A model generated the notes under the pieces. The model made no database searches, had not been told where the DNA came from, and worked only from the letters and a program-made list of their open reading frames with translations. A stretch of DNA of 64,000 bases from Yuukianura sp. NJ FZ-2021 (taxonomy: Eukaryota), in NCBI GenBank assembly GCA_046563655.1, contig CM102288.1, positions 2,232,001 to 2,296,000 of the forward strand. The letters run 5' to 3'. Below are positions 1 to 11,379 of the stretch, one piece after another. Made by a program: the position numbers and the translations under genes. Each line of letters starts with the position of its first letter. Positions within the stretch are counted from its first letter, which is position 1.

Positions 1-69
1 GCAAAAACCGACAGTTTCTGCAAAATAGATGAAAGTTTTTCACGGTACGAGTAGTTTTTATTACAGGAA

Positions 70-793
70 ATGAAAATGACACCGTACGGGAGAATGGTCC
101 TATGGAGTACACTGGGTAAGATTCAAAATTTTTCCAAATATTCTAAAATTTTGAAAACTCGTTTTTTTTTAAACTTTGTTTTTGGATTTCAGCTCTCCTA
201 ATGGTAGTAGTAGCTGCTAGAGCAGAATCGATGGACTACAGTGCACCAGAATTTGTTCAAATTGTTAACAAGCCCAAGACGACTTCCGCGGAGTTCCAAG
301 TTCAGCGTCTGATTGGTCCAGTTTATGAGCCATGCAAGTATGGCCATGCTGTCCAGTACAGGCTTACTGGTGAAAATCACTGGAACCATTCGCCAATCAC
401 AGAGCAACCTGCTGGAAGTAAGTTTTTACCTTAGCTGCTTAATTTTCCAAAAAAGTGATTTTGAGAATTCCAGAATTTGTGTTCAAAATTTCAAAATTTT
501 GAATTCCAGGGTTCATGATCAGTGGACTACAACCAGGTCACCAGTATGAAGTTCGCGTTGCCTGCAAAGACAACAAAATACCGCCTGGAACTGGGGCATT
601 TTCGACTCCAACTTTACTCGAGACGCCATTGGTCAATCCATCTAAAAAACCGACGAATGGCCAACACCAAGCGTCTTCTGTGGATTCTAGTGACGATGAA
701 GCCAGCGGATCTTCGGGTTCCGTTTTAGCCGTTTCCGTTGTCACCGTCACGACAGCCGTTTTGATGTCAACCGGAATCCTGGCTTCTTTTTGA
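70..793 (+). CDS. Small cell-surface protein (~184 aa): signal peptide, single fibronectin type III domain, Ser-rich linker, hydrophobic C-terminal tail (GPI-anchor-like)
   Basis: Exons 70-115, 193-417 and 510-793 join in frame across GT-AG introns: MKMTPYGRMVLWSTLALLMVVVAARA...YGHAVQYRLTGENHW...FMISGLQPGHQYEVRVAC (FN3 L-x-P-x-x-x-Y motif)...VLAVSVVTVTTAVLMSTGILASF*. AATAAA at 899-904. Confidence 0.75.
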
Positions 794-1205
794 TTCAAAA
801 AATTGCAAGTTGACGCTGGTTAGTCGTTTGTAACGTCACGCAATTCATAACAACGCTTTCCTTTCATTTCAAATTTGTGCTTCCTTGGTCTGTTTTACAA
901 TAAAAATGTATTGATACGATAGCATTTCACGTGTCGCCGCACGTTTCCGTCGTCAAGCCTCGGTCGACGTACGACACACGTACGACTCATGACGTTTAAG
1001 TTATTTTTATTTACTTTTTTCAAAAAATTGTAACTTTTTAACTCATTTTGTATGAAAACCTAAATCCTGATTCCGGGATTTACGTTGGAGGGTGGTTAGA
1101 CCTAGGTGTGAGTTTGGTTTTGTATGACGGGAATTGCTGGTGACAAACCACAAATAGGCTCATTTCCGGACTTTTCCTGGACTGGACTCTGCTGAACTTC
1201 AATGC

Positions 1206-1212
1206 TATAAAA
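1206..1212 (+). promoter_or_regulatory. TATA box of the downstream secreted-protein gene
   Basis: TATAAAA about 190 nt upstream of the ATG at 1395. Confidence 0.45.
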
Positions 1213-1394
1213 ACGATGCACCAAAATTCACTGAACACTCATACTCACACTACTAAATTCCAAAACGTTTCCAAAAAATACAACTGGAAACAATTTCAAA
1301 AAGTTCAAAAACTTCCAGAATTTTGATTTTCCAAATTCCAAAAACCTAAAACATACCAGCCGCATAAGCTCCAATCAGTTTAGACCAGTTGAAA

Positions 1395-2037
1395 ATGTTC
1401 CGATTAGCTCAAGGTCACGCCAGGTCAAATCTACGTGGAGTCGTCCAGTATCTAGTTCTGTTGTGCTTAGCAGTAATTCCAGCATGGGGACGCGTCGCTA
1501 GTAAGAAATTTTTTAAAATTTTCAAAATTTTGAGCCTATTTTTTGAGCTGGACCTGATTTTAAATGTGTTGACGTTCAGATCTCCAAGGTCTTCCGGTTC
1601 CAGCAGAATGCAGAACAGTAACCCCATCAGAACGTTCAGACAGGGCAATTCCGTCAACTTGTTCTTGGACAACGCTAGTCGACGTAGGTCTAGTGGACAG
1701 TGCCCAGGGTTGTCCAAAAAAAATATTATACAGGTCATGCACGACTGACTCTGGTGCCACTCTGTACGAATGCTGCGACACTTCTAGTCCAGTACTTGTC
1801 GCAAGGGCGTTTGCGCCAAAACACAACGCAAAAGGGCGTGACGGAACCGGATTTGTCCCAGATAAACCACAATCGACTACAACTCAGCGTCCAGTACTTC
1901 CGCCATTTCTGGAAGGCAAAGCTCGATTTATGGAACATTTAGAACGTGGAATTTATATGGTCAAAAATATGCTCGAGCATGTGGAGCAATATTTGCGACA
2001 GAAATCACAGAAGACGCACGCCAATCGGTGGTACTGA
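1395..2037 (+). CDS. Orphan putatively secreted/membrane-anchored Cys-containing protein (~187 aa)
   Basis: Exon 1395-1500 (hydrophobic YLVLLCLAVIPAWG) splices in phase 1 (GTAAG...TTCAG) to exon 1580-2037. This gives NLQGLPVPAECRT...STCSW...QGCPKKILYRSCTT...YECCDT, continuous with track ORF 1693-2037. Confidence 0.65.
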
Positions 2038-3819
2038 TCGGAAATACTGACGAAAACAAGCGAAACTTGCCAAGATGACCCAAAAAATAGGGTTGAACTA
2101 ACCCTGACATATTTTTATAGATTAACCATTGACCTTTGACCCAAACATATTAAGCTGGTTTTAATATTACGAGGTCAAAAAGAAAACTTTTTATGCTAAC
2201 TAACATTTTAACTTACTTTACTTGTATTTGCTTACTAGTTCTGGAAACTGAACTTCAGAAGATGAAATACATTCTATTTTTGACACGGAACGGTTGGCTA
2301 TTAATTTTTCTAGAATCTAAAACTTTTGAAAATTTTCCTTTGGAAATTTTTAACTATGGAATTTAGAAACTATGAATTTTTTTTGCGGTATTCGAAGGTC
2401 AGCTAAAAAATTTTCTCTTTCTAGCATCACTTTTGGTGTCGAAGGAGGACAGAATTTTTTTTAAATGGCGTCTGGTCGTAGCAAAGAAAATTCTCGAAAT
2501 GAAAATTTCAATTTTCAGAATTTTGTGATTTGGAAACAAGTAAAAATTAAAAATTTCGGTTTTGGAAAAAATGAAAAAAAAAAAATAACTAATAACTCCT
2601 ATCTACAAGCTTTAAATTCAGAACTTTCAACTCATATTTCAACCTTTACTAACTTGAGATTGTGTAAAATTAGAATTTCTTAAGTTCTTCTACTGACGTT
2701 GATACTTATTAGCGAACAGTTCTGTTTTGCTATATTGGTTGTTTTGAAAATTGGAAAGTTTGGTTACGTTTTAGTGGGTTGAGTGGATCTGCGTGTGCGT
2801 GTAACGTGCTGTACCCAATTCCTAACTTTCTTTTGTTTTCACCTGAGATACTTCTCCGGAGAATTGCATCGCTGCTCTCTGTTACGTCTTTTACTTTCCA
2901 CGCTTTTACACCTTTCTTCCCGTCGCTTCCTCGTCACTCCTTCCACGTCCATACAACAACACTCTCAACCATCCACATGCAACTGGGTATACTGCAACTC
3001 TGTAAAAACCAAATCTGTATCCTCTCACTTTGTTTAATTCAAGTTTTGACGGGGTTAAAGTTTTTGACCTTTTGACCCTGCGGGTTAAACTTGAGGGAAG
3101 CTTTTCAGGCAGAAAATTTTTAGAATTGAAAGATACTCGTTAGCTACTTTTTGGATTTTTGAATTTTTGAATACGTTAGAGGAAGAAAAACCGGAAATTG
3201 CTGAGTAGGTAGATTTGAATTGGCTGATTTGTTTTGAACTTTTTTGTTGTTAGTTGACAGTTTTGTTGTTGACAGATTTGTGAATTACTCAAAAGTTCAG
3301 TAAGTTCGTAGCCTGGTTACAGTGTAGAGATCAATAAAAGTAATGCATGGGAAAGTGTGGAGGAGAAACTTTCTCGGCGGGGGTGAAAGTTCGGAAAACC
3401 GAGAAACTCCCGACAGTCCCGTTTCAGTTTTTAGACGAAAGTGGGGCTTCGGGAGGGTAACTCTCATAGGTTAGCTATAGTCTTCTTTAGTCAGCCTCCT
3501 CCTCTTCCCTGGACCACTTTTGAACAACCTGAGTCATGGACTAACCCACTTCCAGAAGGACACAAACAGATGGGTCCTCCTTTGACCTGGACAGACCCAC
3601 TTGACCTCGTCCCACGTCCAGACACAGCCAAAGTGGGACAACAAACTGCACCCACTCACAGTTCAGTGGAAGTGGGCCAAATGGACAACTGTAGTGTTTC
3701 TGAACTTTTTCAAAATAAGTTTATGAAATTTTGAAAATGACAAACTAAAAGTGAAAGTGTTGTGAGAGAACTTTTTTGTACTTCGGGGAAGCGGAGTGAC
3801 CTCGCTGTGACCCCGAAGA

Positions 3820-6800
3820 ATGAAAACGAGTCACGACGACGAGTATGGCAGTTTTTATAGTTCGGGAATTCGGGTCAGCAGCAGTGGGGCGGCAAGTGGG
3901 GGCGGGGGTGGGTCGGGGCAGAGCAGTAACAGCAGTTCTAGCAATAGTAGACTCTATCCAAGGTATCGCGAGTACTCGCCGAGTAGGAGCCACCAGCATG
4001 CTGGCCCCACCGGAGGAGGTGGTGGGTCCCACCAAGGGTCTCTGTCTTCTTCAACTTCTACTTTGGTGGATGGGTCTCCTTATGCTCTGCCTTTACCAAC
4101 AAGGTCATACACAAGGACTCCACCTTATGCAACCACCACGCGGGGCATGGTGGAGTATGCCCCACCATGTTGCCACCAATACTATCATCAACCGCCACCA
4201 CCAAGCTCAATGCAAATCCACGGCAGTACTTCTCCCACCCACTTCAACACGATTCCTCATCCACCTCTTCAATACAGGTAAGCAAGTTTTGAAAAAATCG
4301 AAAAATTGTAAAAAATTTGACCCAAGCTGTATTCAAATTTCCAATATTTTAGAAAATTTGGTTTATTTAATTTTAAAAATCTGTTTTTTTTTTAATTTGT
4401 AGAGATGTACCACCATGTGCGACGCTGAATCGCTGCTACCCAAACAGAAGACAGCAGCAGCAGCAGCAAGTCAATCCGTACACGGCATACTACGCTCCAG
4501 CTGACTCCTCCCCTTATGCTGATCCAAGAACCGAAATCTACTACACGTCCACTCTCAGTCGACATCCTGGAAGGCACAGTTCGGCCGGTGGGGCACGGTA
4601 CTCCACCGCCAGTGGCCCACCAGATCACCACCACCAATCACATCATCATCACGGAAGCCACTCAGATACGAGCTCCTCTTCTTCCAAGCCATACGATCCA
4701 CCACCACCTCCCGTGGGTTATGGTGGCCCCACCGCGAGCCACCATTCCCACCATGGCCATCAAACTATTTACCATGGTTCACACAACTCCCACCAACATC
4801 ATCTCCATCCACCTCAGAATCTTCCACAGGCGAGATCCTACCTTAACCCACCCACCCAGCAAATGCTGCGTCTCGAAGAACCAAGAATTTTCAGCTCCTC
4901 GGCTCTTCAACTCGGAGCGGCTGCTTCTGGAGGAGGTCAAGCATGCATCCAGAGGTCAAACTCTCCGCAGCATCATCATGCTGGTCACTTCGCTGACAGG
5001 TCAATCTCTCTTATCCGACTGGACAACAGTGGGCTAGTACTGCCACCAGCAGGGTCTAACGCGTTAGAGGTCAATCAGGGAGGTCAGGGCAGGTAAGTTT
5101 CGATTTCTGCAGAAAATATAGAATTTCTGCAGAAAATATTGGATTTCTGCAGAAACTAAATATTCGATTTCTGCGGAAACTAAATATTCGATTTCTGCAG
5201 AAAATATTGGATTTCTGAACAAAATATTCAAAAATACTTGATTATCACTTTTGGAAAAGATTTTTCCCGGAATGTAATTTTATGTTTTTTGAACTCTTTT
5301 TCTAGAATCAAATTTCCACCTGAAATTTTGAACAGTTCGCCAAGTGCCGGAAGTTCGACGATGTTAAAATCGACGCTTGACCTTGGGAGCAGCGGTGACC
5401 CTCTGCAAGCATCACAAGTGACTCCAGGAAAACCTAAGTTCAAAATCATCATGGACTCCAGTTGTCTCCTTCCACCTAAATCCACGAGTACTGTTGTGGA
5501 AATGTTTGACAAGGGGGTCATGACCTCTCAGTTGCCCGAACAATGGTCACTCATGAGTTCTGGATCTTCTTCCAATGAACGACGGGGGTCAGAAACAAGT
5601 CCCCCCGGGGCTACTCCGCCCCCTGCCCTCTCCGGCGGAATTCCTGACCTCCTTCCGACTTGTGTCCCACGCTTGTCTGGGGAATTCTCTAATGCTCTGC
5701 CGTGGTAAGTCAAAAACTAAAACTCAAAGACGGTTTAGCTTTTTTGTTTTGAACATCGAAGGTCACGAGAGGTCAACGTGGCCTTATTTGTGACTTCTGC
5801 GTGAGATTTACGATGGGAGCTCAGTTAGCCTTGTGTCAATGGAAATTTGGAATTGATTATTGACTTGATTATTGATTTGGTAAAGACGCTTTTTAAAAAT
5901 GGATCGGGCGATGCATCAAGCTTTCTAGGAAATTGAGTCCGATCGCTGAATATTTAATTCTATCAACGTAAAAATATTAGAGTGAAAGTATCACACACGA
6001 ATCACGCAGTGTTTATACTGAATGCGTGCTGCCAAAAATGAAATGCTTTAAGAATGAATCAATAATTAGTTAATTACTAATTAACTAACTACTTAATTAC
6101 TTAGTCTTCCTGCTAATGAGGTCAAGGTCAAAGGTCAGCACGAACTCATGTAATCCACCTTATTGCAAATTACCTCTACAACTTTTTAAACATTTTTGGT
6201 CCAACGGAGAATGCAACTTCAACTTTTCGACTGGCGGCAATGATTTTCTTTTTGGACAGATTTTTAGAACAAAACAATTTTTTAAACAGGTGTTTCTTTT
6301 TAAATTTTGAAAACTTGGAGAAAATGGATTGGATTTTTTTGAAAATTTAGTTTTTGTTAAAGTTAAATTTAACGTAATGAACTTAAATGGGTTTGTGGAA
6401 AATTTCGGTTCATCCGGAAGAGTTATCTGCTCGACTTGTGTCGTTTCACCATCAGCGTCACGGGGCAGAGTAAGCAAAGCGCTGAGAATCGCTGCGGCTG
6501 TGCGGACTTATGAAAAGACTGGAATCCCTGTAATGTTAATGTTATATTTTGAATTTGATAATTACAGGCGCAGTTCTGGTGGGAATTTACTTGCTTCACC
6601 GCGTAGGAACTACCACGGAGCATCCGGCAGTGGAGGACCAGGGCCAAGCAGTTGCCGAGGAGCTTCAAGTAAAAGTGGAGCCGGTTGCAGCAGTGCTGGA
6701 CACCATCATGGACATGCTGGACAACGACCGATATCTCGCTGGGCAGCGATTCGAACTTACCTAAGAACAGAGACAAGAACGTTCTTTGGTTTGGTAGAAA

Positions 6801-9800
6801 ACGGAGAAGATTTGAAGGTAAACTTAAAAATTTTGACTTAACTTTAGAATTTTTCCCGATTTTGAATTGACCTTTGACCTTTGACTTATTTGTGACTTAG
6901 GAGGAATGGCTGTCCCGGAGGAAACGATTTGCTTCCCGGAGATACTCGGAGAGAAACGTAGACTCCATGCCACCGCCCAGTCCATATCAACCCAATGCTG
7001 GTCCAGGAGGGAACCATCATGACCAAGTGGATAACAGAAATGGTCAGTTGGACCATCGACACTCGTCACTGCGCGGTAGAGCACGACGCACGCGCAAGAA
7101 GGACTGTGTCTTTGTCATCTACTGGAACCTCATTCGATGGCTGTTCTGGGTAAGCTTCTTTTCTGCCACTGCACGATTCTGGACTTTGAATTTTGAATTT
7201 TTTCAAAATTCTTTTTTGAATTTTTTTCTGAATTTTGAATTTTTCTGACTATGTGACCATTTTTTTTTCAGTCAATTCGATTCGGTAGAGCTGGACAACG
7301 AGTGGCTGCAGGGGCTGGGTGCGGTTCTGATACTTCCGGTACGTACCGGTTTGACCCAGATTTTCCGGTTTCCGTTTGTACCGGACGAACTTCAAAAACG
7401 TTTTTGTTTCGACTTGCCAGGAAATCCAGGTTCGAGCTCAACGACACCAGGACGTGTTCCCATGAATAGTCAAATGTCACGTGACCGAACGAAGAGTCGA
7501 TCCGTGACCCCGGCGACCTTGCAAGATATCCCACCGAACGTCACGGTGTCAGCTCAGGAGCTTTTCTTCGACGAAGCTGAAGACAATCAGCGCAATTCTA
7601 CGCATCATCTTCAACCACCAGGGTAAAAACCGAAACAAAACAAGAATCACATTAGTTTTAAAATCTTTCAAATTTTCTGAATCAGCGATTTAAACTTGAC
7701 GTTTGACCTTAGGCGAGGACTGCACTGGAGAATTCCTCGACCGCCTCCTTCCCCCAACGGTGGCCTCCTTACTTCCAGTAATCGTATCTCCTATCAAATC
7801 CTAAGCAAAGTCCTCGACAACTCTGCTCGTCAACAGTATCGCCAAGGACTGCGTCACCTCCTGACCTCGTCAGCCTCCGCCTCAACCTCCGTCATTGATG
7901 ACTACGAAGACTTTCGCCCTTATTTTACATACTGGGTCTCCCTTGTCCATATAATCATTCTCCTTGTGTCCATGATCACCTATGGACTCGCTCCAGTAGG
8001 ACTCGACCTCCATCGCAAATCTGCCCTCGTCCTTGTCACTTCCCTTTCACTACAACAAATGGAGATTGTTCAACCAGCCAACTTCTGGATTGGACCATCA
8101 GCCGTAAGTTCAATATAATTTTTAGTTTTGTTTCAAAATTTTGAATTTTGTTTTTCGCAGTCCGATTTGATTCACTTGGGGGCCAAATTTGCTCCCTGCA
8201 TGCGCCGAGATGACCAAATTTATCGACGAATCATAGAGACAAGGGATCAAGAGAGACAGACAGCCTGCTGCATTCGGAACGACAATTCAGGGTGTGTTCA
8301 GTCAAGCAGAAACGAATGCTCGGTGAGTTGGAAATTTTGAAAACGAAAATGTTGATTTTCAAAGTAAAACTTTTCTATTTTGAACATTGGAATTTTCTTG
8401 TGCCAATTTATGCAACGACGGTTCAGATTAAGGGAGTGAGCAGAACTGTAAGTTCCGTTTGATTTGACCGTTTCTTGTGCCGTGTCAAAAATAACTTTTC
8501 GTTTTGTGTTTAAAAGCATGCAATAACCTTAGTTGTATGATAAGTTTTTTTCCAAAAAAGCTGGCTGAAGTTGGTTTTTCAATAAAGAAAAAAAAATGAG
8601 TCGATTTTTAAATTAACTAACTTTTCAAATTTTTGTTAATTTACAGGGTCTTTTGTCAACTTGGAAGAAATGGACTGGGAAAGAAGTCCCTGGTAAATTT
8701 CATTTTTAGAACAAAGTTTTTCGAAACAATTCGAAATTTGATGTGCGAATTCAAACTAAACTGGATTTTGTTTAGGGGGACGGATATCGGGTTCCGTTTG
8801 TGGCTTAGATCCAAAGTGAGTTTTCAAAAAACGAGTTTAAACAAAATTAAGATTTTTTGAAATTTTCAAAATTTGATTTTTTTTAACTTCAGGTTCTGTG
8901 AAGCTCCTGCGTCGATTGCTCCTTATGAGTGGCCAGATGATATTACAAAGTGGCCAATTTGTAGAAAGACGAGAGGCTTAAGTGGTATGTCAACAAAAGA
9001 CAGAAGTGCGGAGCACATGGTGAGTTACACTTTTGCCTTTTTTAAGAAAAGAGTTGAAATTTTGAAATTAACAATTTTTCAAAATTTTCAGGTTTGTGAA
9101 GTGATTGGACATCCTTGTTGTATTGGGATTCATGCCAAATGTGTCATCACGACACGGGAATACTGCCGTTTCGTCAATGGATACTTCCATGGTATGAAGA
9201 ATTGTCTCAAAATTTTGAAAAATTGAAAACTAGTTTTTCATTTTTGATTTTTATTTGCAGAGGAAGCTTCCCTCTGTTCTCAAGTCTCTTGCCTTCAAGT
9301 AAGTGAATTTGACTGTTTTGAGAACAAAATTTCGGAAATTGACTAAAATTTTGAATTTTTGTATTCTTCAGGACACATGTGGAATGTTTCCATTTTTAGC
9401 TTACGAAAGCCCGGACCAATTTTACCGTTTGATCTCGTCGCTGTTTCTGCATGCGGGACTGGGTCATATCTTCGTGTCACTCCTCTTCCATTGGTTTATT
9501 ATGCGCGACTTGGAGAAACTAGCAGGTCCACTGCGCATAGCTCTCATCTACTTGGGCTCAGGAATCGCCGGAAACCTGGCCTCCGTCCTACTCGAACCCC
9601 ACCGGGCAGAGGTCAGTCCAGGTCACCGCCGTAGCAGACGATTTGGTCCAAAATAAATTGATCAAAAGTGAAACGATCAAACATGAAAACGTCAATAGTG
9701 AAACTGCCAAAGGAAAAGATCAGTATGTTAAAGTGACGGAAATTCTAGGTCAAAAAGCTTAAATTGTTAGCCTTTTGACCTTTTCACTTTTGAATATTTC

Positions 9801-10436
9801 ATGTTTGATTCTTTCGCTTTTGACCATATTTTTTTAACCAAATCGGTCACCGTACGTAGCTTCAAACCAGTTTTTACGTCAAATGTCCAACTTTTATAAA
9901 CTCTGTGTCTTATTTTGTGTGCCACGAAGGTGGGTCCCGGTGGGAGTCAGTTTGGAGTGATGGCGTGTCTTCTGGTGGAGCTTTTGCATATGTGGGGGAT
10001 GCTGCGGAGGCCGTTCCAGGCCCTGGGGAAAATGGTTCTCATCCTGGGTGGGTTGTTCCTCCTGGGCTTCCTCCCTTGGATTGACAATTTTGCACATTTG
10101 GTGGGTTTTGCTACCGGTTTTCTACTCTCTCACGCACTCATGCCTTACATCGCTTTCGGAAAGTATTCTTCCTACAGGTACAGTTTCAAAATTTTGAAAC
10201 ATTTTTCAAAATTTCATGTTCTGTTTGGTTTCTTTCCTAGAAAATGGTTGGAAGTGGTGATATGCTTCGGAGGTTTTCTAGGAATCGTGGTGGGTCTCCT
10301 AGTTGTTTTTTACGCTGGATTTGGAGACTGTGAATTTTGTCGTCTTCTAAACTGTCTCCCTTTGACGCAAGACTTTTGTGCTGAGCAAGAAATTGATCTC
10401 AAGCCAGCCGGAGGTGGAATCAACCTCATCACTTAA
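3820..10436 (+). CDS. iRhom: Inactive rhomboid protein (iRhom / rhomboid-5 / RHBDF), roughly 1300 aa, ~17 exons
   Basis: In-frame exon chain 3820-4277, 4403-5092, 5306-5704, 6568-6817, 6901-7149, 7272-7338, 7421-7622, 7713-8103, then on to 10436. Motifs: [30 protein letters not shown], Cys-rich iRhom homology domain ([28 protein letters not shown]), [17 protein letters not shown] (GP signature of iRhoms) and [10 protein letters not shown]. Confidence 0.93.
5100..5229. repeat. Intronic minisatellite, ~6 units of 21-25 bp with palindromic core TTTCTGCAGAAA
   Basis: Repeated (T)GATTTCTGCAGAAA(CTAA)ATAT just after the donor at 5093. Confidence 0.85.
9639..9845. mobile_element. Degenerate MITE/foldback-like element in an iRhom intron
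   Basis: Imperfect inverted arms: CGATTTGGT..AAAA..TCAAAAGTGAAA..ATCAAACATGAAA on the left, reverse complement ending ...TTTCATGTTTGAT..TTTTGACC..ACCAAATCG on the right. Internal TCAAAAGTGAAA-like subrepeats. The intron is much longer than its neighbours. Confidence 0.55.
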
Positions 10437-10904
10437 CACTTAACTTTTTTGGAATTTCGAAAAGTTAACAAACGCTTTTTAGAAATTAAACGTTTTTAGA
10501 TAATCTGTAATGTTAACAAGCAAATTCCAAACGAAAATTTGCGCTAAAACAAAATCCTTCCAGAAACTCTTAAACGTCGTTCAGTTTTTTTAAATTCGAA
10601 ATTTGTCAAATTCAAAATTCTGTTTAGTTTTTCTTCGGTCAGATCAGAACAAAATCAGAACACGATTCAAGTCTACAATTGACATTTCTGTTTAAAAAAT
10701 TTACTTTAGCTTGATTCAAAATTAACTTTAACTTGATTCTTTTAAAAACTCGGTCTTAGTTATTGTTGACGAGATTCAATTTTATTGAGTTTTAGCTCTG
10801 GAATTAAAACAGTCACAAACTTGAAATTTTTTTTCATGGATAGTTGGAGAAGATTCTAAAATTTTCTAAAAAATTTCAAAAAATCAGGCTTTCTCTGCTG
10901 TAGT

Positions 10905-11292
10905 TTTGTACTAAAACGTAAACTTTGGAATGCTTTGACTAGATTGCTAAAATTTTAAAATTTCTAAGCTTTTTAACACTAAATTAACCTAAATCTAAAT
11001 CATAATTTGTTGTGCATTTTAGTGTTTTTAATTACAGTGATTTTTTGGACGGAGGTTTTTCATTTTCTCTGGTCAGCATTTTCATGACTAGACTTAAAAT
11101 TTAAGTTATTGCACTTGACTCGGACGGAGTGCTTTCACTTTAACAATTTGACACGAAAATCTAACTTTCACCTGACAATTAACCTAACTTTTTAAATAGC
11201 ATTAATTTTTAATTAATATTTTAGCTAATGTTGCTGGACGGACGTTTTAGTGTGCCCTGTGTGCGTAAATTCATGCTTTTTGTGCTGGACGG
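10905..11292 (-). promoter_or_regulatory. Cluster of microRNA seed-match sites in the putative FoxJ1-like 3' UTR
   Basis: Minus-strand TCCGTCCA/TCCGTCC/CCGTCCA x4 (miR-184), TCTAGTCA x2 (miR-279 family) and GTGCAATA (miR-92/310 family), all downstream of the stop at 11380. Minus-strand AATAAA at 10781-10786. Confidence 0.6.
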
Positions 11293-11379
11293 TTACAGTT
11301 GTTGAACTTTAGGCTTAATCTTTAGTATTACAAAGGTCAGAGATCAACTTCTAGAAAATGAGGTCAGAGGTCAAGGTTT

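Noticed and set aside
3845..5037. Long alternative-frame ORFs overlapping iRhom exons 1-2
   Set aside because: Shadow frames of GC-rich low-complexity coding sequence.
5100..5229. CRISPR-like array of palindromic repeats
   Set aside because: No unique spacers, eukaryotic intron, no cas genes; it is a minisatellite.
7272..7470. Apparent frameshift or premature stop in iRhom
   Set aside because: Resolved by a canonical GT-AG intron at 7339-7420.
11040..11300. Possible + strand miRNA gene cluster (sequences starting like miR-184, miR-279 and miR-92)
   Set aside because: Matches mostly stop after the seed and I see no precursor hairpins; better explained as target sites on the minus strand.
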